Source of the DNA: a virus
Length of the DNA stretch: 31,073 nt
Virus record (IMG/VR): IMGVR_UViG_3300026518_000007
Span: 68,253 to 99,325 of that record
Reading direction: 5' to 3' (one strand)
Position 1 is the first letter of the stretch. Every line of letters starts with the position of its first letter. The translations under genes were made by a program, and so were the position numbers. Positions 19,328 through 27,177 of the stretch are shown here, in pieces. Under the pieces are notes generated by a model. That model searched no databases, had not been told where the DNA came from, and saw only the letters and a program-made list of their open reading frames with translations.

Positions 19328-20737
19328 ATGAGTGAATTGGTTAAGTTTTATAAATCTCTATTAGAGATGTTAGGATTGGTAGTTGATAAAAATGGACAAG
19401 TGTTCATTAAGATGTCTGAAAGTAATTATCCAGTTAGCGTAGATGGACTTAATCTCTATCTACCTACTGACGATAACATTAAAACATCTATGGAAATAGT
19501 AGATGGAGAACCCAAGGTAGTTAAAGCTCTATTTAATCCATTCGATGAGTCTGGTATAAAAGGAGCTAATAAAACATTCGCTAAGCTTAAGCAAATCATA
19601 GAGCTTAAATTAACTGGTGTATTCTATCAGTTAGGTGAAACATTATTATCACTTATCGTTAATGAAAATGATAGTTCTAGTAATATAGGTATTATCAAAT
19701 TTGTATCTACAGTTAACAAGTATAAGAGTTCTTCTAAAACTATTAAGATAGATGAGAAGAGTATCAAAAACTGGGTTAGCTTATATGAACATATTACTAG
19801 TAACGGTATGAGACCTAAGTATATAGAGACCCTTATTAAAAGAGGGAATAAAGGTGGTACTATAGATAATATTAAGTATAATCGTATAGGCGTTATAACA
19901 TTCCCATTCTTAGAACAACTTAAGCCTATTAAAGCTAATAAAGAGAAATTCTTAGATGTTAAATTACGTAGTGGCGATGTCACTGTATTTACAGCTCTCT
20001 TTGAGTTCATCTTTGGAGATAGTGATAAATTAATAGATGGTTTAAGTTTCGGTAGCCTTAATAAACTAGCGCCATCTTCACATGTGTTATTAATAATGTA
20101 TAATACTATTTATGAGAAGTTAAATACATTCTTAGAAGCTTTACGTGATAGTGAAATAGATGATGAGACTAAAGAGCATTTGGAGTTGAAAAAACTACCT
20201 ATAGATATAAGTAACTTAGGTGACTTTATAGATAGTATGGAGCAAGAGATTAAACGTATTCCTAAAGAGAATGAATTAGTCTCTAATACAACTGTTAATA
20301 GTGCTCCTACTACTAATGTTGTAAGAGCTACTACTAATGCTACTAAAGGTGGTAGTTTCTGGGATAAAGTAACTGAACAATCTAATCCAGCTGTAGCTGC
20401 CGCTATGACTGCACCTCAACCCACGGTTACCCCATATGGTAATACTGTTACAACTGGTACATATATGACTCCTCCTGAACAGATGAATAATGCTCCTATG
20501 GTAGGACAACCGGCCACTATAGTTGGTACGCAGATGGCTACCACTGTAGCTAACGCAATGCCTATGAACAGTGGTATGGCTATCATACCTAACAGCGGTT
20601 CTATAGCACAAATGGTACAAAGTGACCCATGGGAAACACCGCAACCGCAAGGTACTATGTTAGGAAATATTAATCCATATGGACAACCTATGCAAATGCA
20701 ACCGCAGGCGCAAATGTCTTCTTGGGATAAGTTTTAA
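19328..20737 (+). CDS. phiKZ gp70-like protein with a long low-complexity C-terminal tail
   Basis: 469 aa. LVKFYKSLL..LGL, LYLPT and LFNPFDE motifs; the last ~150 aa are T/Q/M/P/N-rich. Confidence 0.68.
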   Translation: MSELVKFYKSLLEMLGLVVDKNGQVFIKMSESNYPVSVDGLNLYLPTDDNIKTSMEIVDGEPKVVKALFNPFDESGIKGANKTFAKLKQIIELKLTGVFYQLGETLLSLIVNENDSSSNIGIIKFVSTVNKYKSSSKTIKIDEKSIKNWVSLYEHITSNGMRPKYIETLIKRGNKGGTIDNIKYNRIGVITFPFLEQLKPIKANKEKFLDVKLRSGDVTVFTALFEFIFGDSDKLIDGLSFGSLNKLAPSSHVLLIMYNTIYEKLNTFLEALRDSEIDDETKEHLELKKLPIDISNLGDFIDSMEQEIKRIPKENELVSNTTVNSAPTTNVVRATTNATKGGSFWDKVTEQSNPAVAAAMTAPQPTVTPYGNTVTTGTYMTPPEQMNNAPMVGQPATIVGTQMATTVANAMPMNSGMAIIPNSGSIAQMVQSDPWETPQPQGTMLGNINPYGQPMQMQPQAQMSSWDKF

Positions 20738-20739
20738 TA

Positions 20740-20781
20740 TAATTAGTATAGGCTTAACACCTATACTGATTATTTTTTTTT
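20740..20781 (+). terminator. Rho-independent terminator
   Basis: TAATTAGTATAGG-cttaaca-CCTATACTGATTA followed by 9 T. Confidence 0.85.
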
Positions 20782-20793
20782 AAGGAGTTTAAA

Positions 20794-21108
20794 ATGGATA
20801 TATTAAATTTAATGGATGAAGATGGTTTAGGAATAGATGCTGAAACCATACACTTTTGGGAGTCTACGGTAGGTTCGCCTATTGTTACTGATAATTTAAA
20901 TATAATTGATATAGAACCATCAGTAGGTATCCAATATAAAAACAATTTATATGGATTATTACATAATATATATAATATACCTAATGAGGCGTATTATATA
21001 AATATGAGAATTAACAATTTTAAAAGTAGTTTGGAATATAATGGAGAGCTTAAACTTAGAGTAGTTAATCCGGATATAATAGAAGATATAATAGGATTTA
21101 AAAAATAA
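20794..21108 (+). CDS. Small conserved phage protein, possible LysM-like baseplate wedge subunit
   Basis: 104 aa, AAGGAG SD. YKNNLYGLL..IP...YYINMRINNFKS...LRVVNP resembles the gp53/gpX LysM-like pattern (inference). Confidence 0.5.
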   Translation: MDILNLMDEDGLGIDAETIHFWESTVGSPIVTDNLNIIDIEPSVGIQYKNNLYGLLHNIYNIPNEAYYINMRINNFKSSLEYNGELKLRVVNPDIIEDIIGFKK

Positions 21109-21114
21109 TAGATG

Positions 21115-21144
21115 TAACTATATGACATAATAGTCATATAGTTA
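21115..21144. terminator. Bidirectional terminator-like hairpin between convergent genes
   Basis: 12-bp perfect stem TAACTATATGAC-ataata-GTCATATAGTTA. Confidence 0.78.
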
Positions 21145-21813
21145 TTTCTTATGTTTTAATTTCATTAATTTATTCTCAGCATTTCTTATTAATCTATTTT
21201 GTATAACGTTATCTTCTTTTAGTCTATTTACTGTTTCTAATAGATTTTTCATTTCATATTTATTAAAGTTTTCTATATCAGTTATTAAGGTCATTAATTT
21301 AAGGTGTAAATCGTTATAAAGTTTATTAGTTTCATTTAAGTCAACTCTTAGTTCATCTATTTTCTTAAATATAGTACTAGTAACACTTTTAACTTCAATA
21401 CTGGTATCGTGTATTTTCTTCTCTATAATGTTAGTTATATCTATATTTATTTTTTCTAATGTCATTTCCAGTTTATTAGTTTTAATATCTGTATTCTTTT
21501 TAAATTCTCCTATTTCGTCGTTAAATCTTCTTACTAAATCATTTATTATTTTTTCATTATTAGTTTTAATATCTTGTAACTCTTTATTAACGTCTTGCTT
21601 AATTTCTTTAATATCTGTTTCTCTTTTGGAAATAGCTCCTTCAATCATACTAGTGTTAGTTACTACGTTTAATGCTATTTTATCTATCCTGTTCTTAAGT
21701 GCAAAATATGTACTAACTATACTTACTACTAATAATACTATATTTCCCACTGTTCCTAATTCTAATCCAGTTTTACTATTAATAGCGGCTTGATGTATCA
21801 TAGTTGGGTCCAT
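21142..21813 (-). CDS. Membrane-anchored coiled-coil protein, unknown function
   Basis: 223 aa, AAGGAG SD. One N-terminal TM segment (GNIVLLVVSIVSTYFAL) followed by ~180 aa of heptad-rich helix. Confidence 0.75.
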   Translation of the reverse strand: MDPTMIHQAAINSKTGLELGTVGNIVLLVVSIVSTYFALKNRIDKIALNVVTNTSMIEGAISKRETDIKEIKQDVNKELQDIKTNNEKIINDLVRRFNDEIGEFKKNTDIKTNKLEMTLEKINIDITNIIEKKIHDTSIEVKSVTSTIFKKIDELRVDLNETNKLYNDLHLKLMTLITDIENFNKYEMKNLLETVNRLKEDNVIQNRLIRNAENKLMKLKHKK

Positions 21814-21854
21814 ACTGTTCTCCTTTTTTTTCTTAATTGGAATAGTTTTTCTCT

Positions 21855-21869
21855 ATATATTACTAATAT
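21855..21869 (+). promoter_or_regulatory. Putative early promoter of the nvRNAP beta/beta-prime operon
   Basis: ATATATTACTAATAT with an exact TATATTAC core at 21856-21863. Confidence 0.72.
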
Positions 21870-21945
21870 GATGTATGTTATGTATGTCCAGTAGTACTAC
21901 AGGCAACGGCCATTGCCTAAACATAAAACAAATAAAGGAACAGAC

Positions 21946-24168
21946 ATGGTAAGTGAATATTTTAATAAAAATAGAGATGCTTTCATAGAAACTGATAAAG
22001 ACCTTATGTTAAATCATAAATTCTTTTCAGCAGCAGCAATCAATCCCTGTATCGAACATAACTCAAGCCCCCGTGGTTTAATGATGTCTTCACATATAAG
22101 TCAAGCTCTAGTTTTAGACGACTCTAGGGAAAATATCTTACAAACAGGACTAGAGGTAGAATTTGGAAAATATACTATCTCTAAGAAATTAAAAACCGCA
22201 TCTGAAATTATATCAGTTATAAAAAGATACCAGACAATGAATAGTAAACAAGATGTATCTGAATATATCGTCATATATAGAGAGTTAGAAACTGGTACAG
22301 TTAATTCTATGTCTATACCATATTCTAATAGATATCATCCATACTTTGGATTCAAATTTAATGTAAACGAAAATATAAATACTTTTGTAAGAGGTACTAT
22401 ATTAGATAAAGATACATATCTAGCTAAAACCCCTAGCATTAAAGAGAACGGAGGATATGCGTTAGGTAGAGATGTTAATATTTGTAATATGACTATGCCT
22501 AATAATGACGAAGATGGTTTTATTGTATCTAAATCATTTTGCGAGAATTTTAAGTTTAAACTTTTTGAAACTAAAACTATTGATGTAGGAGAAGATAGTT
22601 TTCTATTAAACTTATATGGAGATGATGATAATTATAAACCTTTCCCAGATATAGGTGAGTATATTAATAGTACTGGAGCAGTATTCGCAAGTAGAGCATA
22701 TAGTGATAAATTTGGACCTATACTTTATGGTAAGGGTTCAGTTAAGAAATTTGACCCTAATTTCGATAGAGCAGTTTATACCAGGGGACCAGGCGGTAAA
22801 GTTATAGATGTTAAAGTTTATCGTAATAATAGAAAGAAAAAGATGCTTCCTACTAATACAGATGTACAGTGTGAGAAATATGCTACTGCATTAGTATCTT
22901 TTCATAAGCAAATTATAAACGTTTATGAATCTATTAATAAAGAGTATTATAAAACATTCGGTAGGGATTTAGAAGTAGGCCCTAATTTTAATACATTATT
23001 AGTAGAATCTTATGGTATTGTTGAATCAGATAAACCTAAGACTAAACTAAAGAAGATGTATAGAAAAGAGACTTTAGATATCTATAGAATAGAAATAACT
23101 ATAGAGTACGAAGTTACACCTACTATAGGGTTTAAACCAACAGACCTTAGTGGTGGGAAAGGAACAATCGTAGATATATGGGACGATAAAGATATGCCTA
23201 TAGATGCTGATGGTAATCGGGCCGACCTTATAGTAGACCCTAAATCAACTATAGGTAGACTTAATGTAGGTAGACTTTATGAACGTTATATAAAAGCAGG
23301 TAGTAGAAAAGCTAAAAAATTAGCTATAGAAGAATTACATAAATTTAACTTCGTAGAAATAAATAATGCTACAGATGATGCAGTTATAGATGTGTTTAGA
23401 ATAGTAACAGAGTTCACTGATATAGTAGATAATGAGATGTCTAAAACCTATGCTTCATTATTAACGACACGGGACATTGATAAGATGCGTATTATACTAC
23501 ATGAGGTTATTAATGAAGAGTTATATCTTTATTTAACGGTAGATAATGATAAACGTAAGTATGAGATAATCGAAGATATTAAGTTATCTAAATTCGCACC
23601 ACCTTATGGGTTAGTTACATTTAATTATAATGGAGAAGTTAAACATACTAAAAATAATGTTTTAATAGCTCCTATGTATATAATGTTACTTTCTAAAATA
23701 GCCGATACTACATTAGCTACATCTAGCGCTAAACTAAATCATTTCGGTATACCAGTAGTAGTTACTAAAGCTGATAGAGATAGTATGCCACATAGGAATA
23801 GCCCAACTAGAACTATAGGTGAGACTGAAGGTCGTATCATGGCCGCTTATGGCGGTCGTAAATTCATAGCAGAACTTAAAGATAGAAATACTTCTCTTAA
23901 TACTCATATAGCAGTTTATAATAACATTTTAACTAATAGAACTCCTACTAATGTAGAGCAAAATGTAAATAGACGTGTTATTAAATATGGAGGAGATAGA
24001 GCATTAGAGATTTTAGAATCTTTATGGAATAGTATAGGAATGGAATTGAAATATGTAAAAGATAAAAATAGATTTATAGAGCATACGGATGAGGAATATG
24101 TAGTTACTATAGATGATATAGAGAATCTATCAGAAGTTGAAGATATAGGGAGTAGAGACGATGAATAA
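21946..24168 (+). CDS. Non-virion RNA polymerase beta subunit, C-terminal part (phiKZ gp71-73-like)
   Basis: Start moved to ATG 21946 (AAGGA SD). HNSSPRGLMMSSHISQA, NDEDGFIVS, GFKPTDLSGGKG, DMP..DG..ADLIVDP.ST.GRLNVGRLYE and IGETE correspond to RpoB conserved segments. Confidence 0.92.
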   Translation: MVSEYFNKNRDAFIETDKDLMLNHKFFSAAAINPCIEHNSSPRGLMMSSHISQALVLDDSRENILQTGLEVEFGKYTISKKLKTASEIISVIKRYQTMNSKQDVSEYIVIYRELETGTVNSMSIPYSNRYHPYFGFKFNVNENINTFVRGTILDKDTYLAKTPSIKENGGYALGRDVNICNMTMPNNDEDGFIVSKSFCENFKFKLFETKTIDVGEDSFLLNLYGDDDNYKPFPDIGEYINSTGAVFASRAYSDKFGPILYGKGSVKKFDPNFDRAVYTRGPGGKVIDVKVYRNNRKKKMLPTNTDVQCEKYATALVSFHKQIINVYESINKEYYKTFGRDLEVGPNFNTLLVESYGIVESDKPKTKLKKMYRKETLDIYRIEITIEYEVTPTIGFKPTDLSGGKGTIVDIWDDKDMPIDADGNRADLIVDPKSTIGRLNVGRLYERYIKAGSRKAKKLAIEELHKFNFVEINNATDDAVIDVFRIVTEFTDIVDNEMSKTYASLLTTRDIDKMRIILHEVINEELYLYLTVDNDKRKYEIIEDIKLSKFAPPYGLVTFNYNGEVKHTKNNVLIAPMYIMLLSKIADTTLATSSAKLNHFGIPVVVTKADRDSMPHRNSPTRTIGETEGRIMAAYGGRKFIAELKDRNTSLNTHIAVYNNILTNRTPTNVEQNVNRRVIKYGGDRALEILESLWNSIGMELKYVKDKNRFIEHTDEEYVVTIDDIENLSEVEDIGSRDDE

Positions 24169-26188
24169 AAAAGTTATACCTATAGATAAGATAATGTCTA
24201 TGGATAGGCATATGATACTTAAATTACATACTAATTTAAATATCATGTTCGATGATGGCGTTCTGATTAAGGACTGTAAATATAAGAGTGTTATCATGTT
24301 TAGATATTTCTTAGATTTTATTAAGGAGTTTAATACTCCTGTAACATCTGAGATGTGGTTAGATAACTTCTTAGTTAACGGTTGTTTCACTCAGCGTACT
24401 TACACAGGCATGTATGGTATAGTGTTTAGAGACGTCATAAGTAAACAAGTTAAAGAAGAAGAGTCTAATTCATTAATGAAACCTTTATTCAAACGTATGT
24501 ATGAAACTATAGATATAGTTAACAGAGAGTTAGTTAATCACGCTATAGAATATGCGGTTTGTGTAGAAGTTGTAGATATCTTAGATATACAGTTCGATGA
24601 AGACTTACTTAAGTCTATAGTAGCTGCGTTTAAAAATCCATCACAAAAAACTATAGAGGATACATATAGCGTATTACATTCTACATTTATGAAAGAAAAA
24701 TATGCAGGTAATCCTATGTTACTATTCTTTAAATCAGGTATAGTTTCTATAGACCAGATAAGACAGTTATTAGCAGCTAGAGGCTATTTAACGGAATTAG
24801 ATAGTAAGATATTCGCTATGCCTATGACTAACTCTTTTATGCTCGGCTATAGAGGTATTTATGATGCGGCTATAGAGTCTAGAGCTGGTACTAAAGCACT
24901 ATATCTTTCTGGTAAGGCGATTCAAGATAGCGAGTATATGTCTAGAGAGCTTCAATTAGCTACTATGGTTCTAGAGCGTATTAAAATAGGTGATTGTGGT
25001 CATCCTACATATACCGATTTCTTTATAAGACCTAAAGAGTTTGATGAAGCCGGTAACATGACGTATAAGGGCGATATACAAAATCTTCTTGGTAAAGAGT
25101 ATTTAGACCCTGAGACTAATGAGCCTAAGACTATAACGATGGAATCTAAAGATATCGTTGGTAAGAATATTAAAATACGTTCTGGTATATATTGTGGTTG
25201 GAAAGATAAGAAAGCCATATGTACTAAATGTTTAGGCGAAACTGCGTTATCTATATTCGAAGACCAAAACTTAGGACATATAGGTACAGTTAAAGGTACT
25301 TCTAAAGTAACGCAATCTATTTTAAGTACTAAGCACTTATTGAAATCAGCAACATCAGCGCCTATACGTTTATTAGCGAGCGTTAAGAAATATCTTATGC
25401 TTAAGAATAATGAAAACTTATTCTTTAAAACAGGTGTCTTAAATAAGAAACTTAAAACGGTGCATCTTAAAATAAGACAAAGTGAAGCATGGGGACTATC
25501 GTCTATATCTGAAGTTAAAGATATGTTCTCTATAAATATTAATAAAGTAACTAGAATATCAGAAGCTATATTAGTTATAGAGGGTAAAAACGATAGACAA
25601 GAGATACCATTACTACTTAAGAGTGGACATAGATTTGCATACTTGTCTTTAGATGCCCTATCTTATGCACTTAAAAATGGATATGATGCTACTGATGAAG
25701 AGTATTATACTATAGATATAAATAACTTTAATAATAAGAAACCTATATTCGTTTATGAGAAAGTAGAATTTGATTTTGCTGCACTTAGTAAAGAGTTTAA
25801 AACTTTACTTAAGACTCGTAAATATAAAACAGTTAATGGAATAATTAGGTCAGAATATCAACCACATGTTTTAGCTCAGAAATTATTCGAGCTTATTAAT
25901 AACAAGTTAGATATAAACTTAACCATCGTAGAGATAATGACATATCCATTTACGACACAAGATATTAGTAAAGGTAATTTTGATTTAGGACGCAATAGTA
26001 AATATAAAGATGTAGTAGGTTTTAAAGAAGCTATTAACTATAGGTCTATTGGGGCTAGTTTTGACTGGGATAATTTACAGAATAAAGTATTAGACCCTAT
26101 GCTATATGAAGCTAATAATAAACCATCTACTCCTATGGATGTATTCTTTAAACCAGAAGAAGTTTTAAAATATGAAGGTGACCATTAG
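24161..26188 (+). CDS. Non-virion RNA polymerase beta-prime subunit, C-terminal part (phiKZ gp74-like)
   Basis: 675 aa. QIRQLLAARG, bridge helix SEYMSRELQL..GDCG, Zn site IRSGIYC...ICTKCLG and trigger loop TQSILSTKH. Confidence 0.92.
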   Translation: MNKKVIPIDKIMSMDRHMILKLHTNLNIMFDDGVLIKDCKYKSVIMFRYFLDFIKEFNTPVTSEMWLDNFLVNGCFTQRTYTGMYGIVFRDVISKQVKEEESNSLMKPLFKRMYETIDIVNRELVNHAIEYAVCVEVVDILDIQFDEDLLKSIVAAFKNPSQKTIEDTYSVLHSTFMKEKYAGNPMLLFFKSGIVSIDQIRQLLAARGYLTELDSKIFAMPMTNSFMLGYRGIYDAAIESRAGTKALYLSGKAIQDSEYMSRELQLATMVLERIKIGDCGHPTYTDFFIRPKEFDEAGNMTYKGDIQNLLGKEYLDPETNEPKTITMESKDIVGKNIKIRSGIYCGWKDKKAICTKCLGETALSIFEDQNLGHIGTVKGTSKVTQSILSTKHLLKSATSAPIRLLASVKKYLMLKNNENLFFKTGVLNKKLKTVHLKIRQSEAWGLSSISEVKDMFSININKVTRISEAILVIEGKNDRQEIPLLLKSGHRFAYLSLDALSYALKNGYDATDEEYYTIDINNFNNKKPIFVYEKVEFDFAALSKEFKTLLKTRKYKTVNGIIRSEYQPHVLAQKLFELINNKLDINLTIVEIMTYPFTTQDISKGNFDLGRNSKYKDVVGFKEAINYRSIGASFDWDNLQNKVLDPMLYEANNKPSTPMDVFFKPEEVLKYEGDH

Positions 26189-26191
26189 GTT

Positions 26192-26221
26192 TAAGAGACC
26201 TGACGGTCTCTTATTTATGTT
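26192..26221 (+). terminator. Rho-independent terminator
   Basis: TAAGAGACC-tgac-GGTCTCTTA followed by TTTATGTT. Confidence 0.8.
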
Positions 26222-26254
26222 AATAAATTGATTAATATAAATAAGGAACTCTTA

Positions 26255-26611
26255 ATGGATGAAAATAAAACTTTTCTAAAAATGGTAAAACTACATAAAA
26301 GTATATTACTATACGCTTTTTTAATAAATTTTATAATATTAGTTATATTCATATACTCTTTACTAGTGGTTATAGATATGAGTAATATTATTTTATTTAA
26401 GCACGTAGTTAGTTTAAGTATCGCTATTAGCGTATTAGTAACTTTACATTTAACTTTTCTATTAACGAAACATAGTAAGATAATAAAGTTAATAACAGCT
26501 ATTGACGAATCTAGCGGGCAGGATAAAATATTAAATATGTTTAAATTAATATTTTATATAGATATAAATATGCCTATCTATAAAAAGTTTATAAAGGACG
26601 AAAATGAATAA
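26255..26611 (+). CDS. Two-TM membrane protein, unknown function
   Basis: Start moved to ATG 26255 (AAGGA SD); 118 aa with two long hydrophobic segments. Confidence 0.65.
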   Translation: MDENKTFLKMVKLHKSILLYAFLINFIILVIFIYSLLVVIDMSNIILFKHVVSLSIAISVLVTLHLTFLLTKHSKIIKLITAIDESSGQDKILNMFKLIFYIDINMPIYKKFIKDENE

Positions 26612-27107
26612 TTTAATACGAGATGCTTTATTAAATTTAATATCTAGACAAGGGTGTAAGGGTTTAATTACTATATTTGATTTTATTAAAGTAGATTTAA
26701 GAGAGTCTATTAATATTAAAATTATGGTAACATTAGTATATTTAATAACCATAATATTAATAAGTTACGCATTTTATTTCGAAGATATTCTTACGATTAA
26801 TAATAAGATACTAGAAGTAATATACGAGAGCTACTATTTATTAATAGCTATGTTAGTAATATTAATTTTTATTAATATTTTTAAAATAATATCTATATTT
26901 AGTATACGGCGTATTATTTTAGATTATGAGAATATATTTCTCATTAAGGTAACTGGAGAAGATGTAAATGATGATACGTGTAATAGTGTAATAAGTATTT
27001 TTGAGGAAATGGTTACTAAGTTATCTACTATAACAGGTGTTAACGTATATACAATTTTTACAATACTTAACAAACAGATAAAACACACATTAATTAAATT
27101 AATTTAA
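26604..27107 (+). CDS. Two-TM membrane protein, unknown function
   Basis: 167 aa, AAGGA SD, 8-nt overlap with the upstream gene; two hydrophobic segments. Confidence 0.65.
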   Translation: MNNLIRDALLNLISRQGCKGLITIFDFIKVDLRESINIKIMVTLVYLITIILISYAFYFEDILTINNKILEVIYESYYLLIAMLVILIFINIFKIISIFSIRRIILDYENIFLIKVTGEDVNDDTCNSVISIFEEMVTKLSTITGVNVYTIFTILNKQIKHTLIKLI

Positions 27108-27135
27108 AGGTTGTAGGTTAATTCCTGCAACTTTT
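27106..27135 (+). terminator. Rho-independent terminator
   Basis: AAAGGTTGTAGG-ttaatt-CCTGCAACTTTT, with G:U pairs. Confidence 0.7.
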
Positions 27136-27177
27136 ACTACTATATTTTTTTAATGATGAATATTAAAAAGGAATGAG

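Noticed and set aside
21946-26188. Bacterial rpoB-rpoC operon
   Set aside because: Both genes are half-length, highly divergent, lack the NADFDGD-containing part and sit among phage genes; they are split phage RNAP subunits.
9559-26254. ORF-track starts at 9559, 12896, 21913 and 26228
   Set aside because: In-frame ATGs at 9613, 12956, 21946 and 26255 are better supported by SD position or by avoiding overlap with regulatory elements and the divergent gene.
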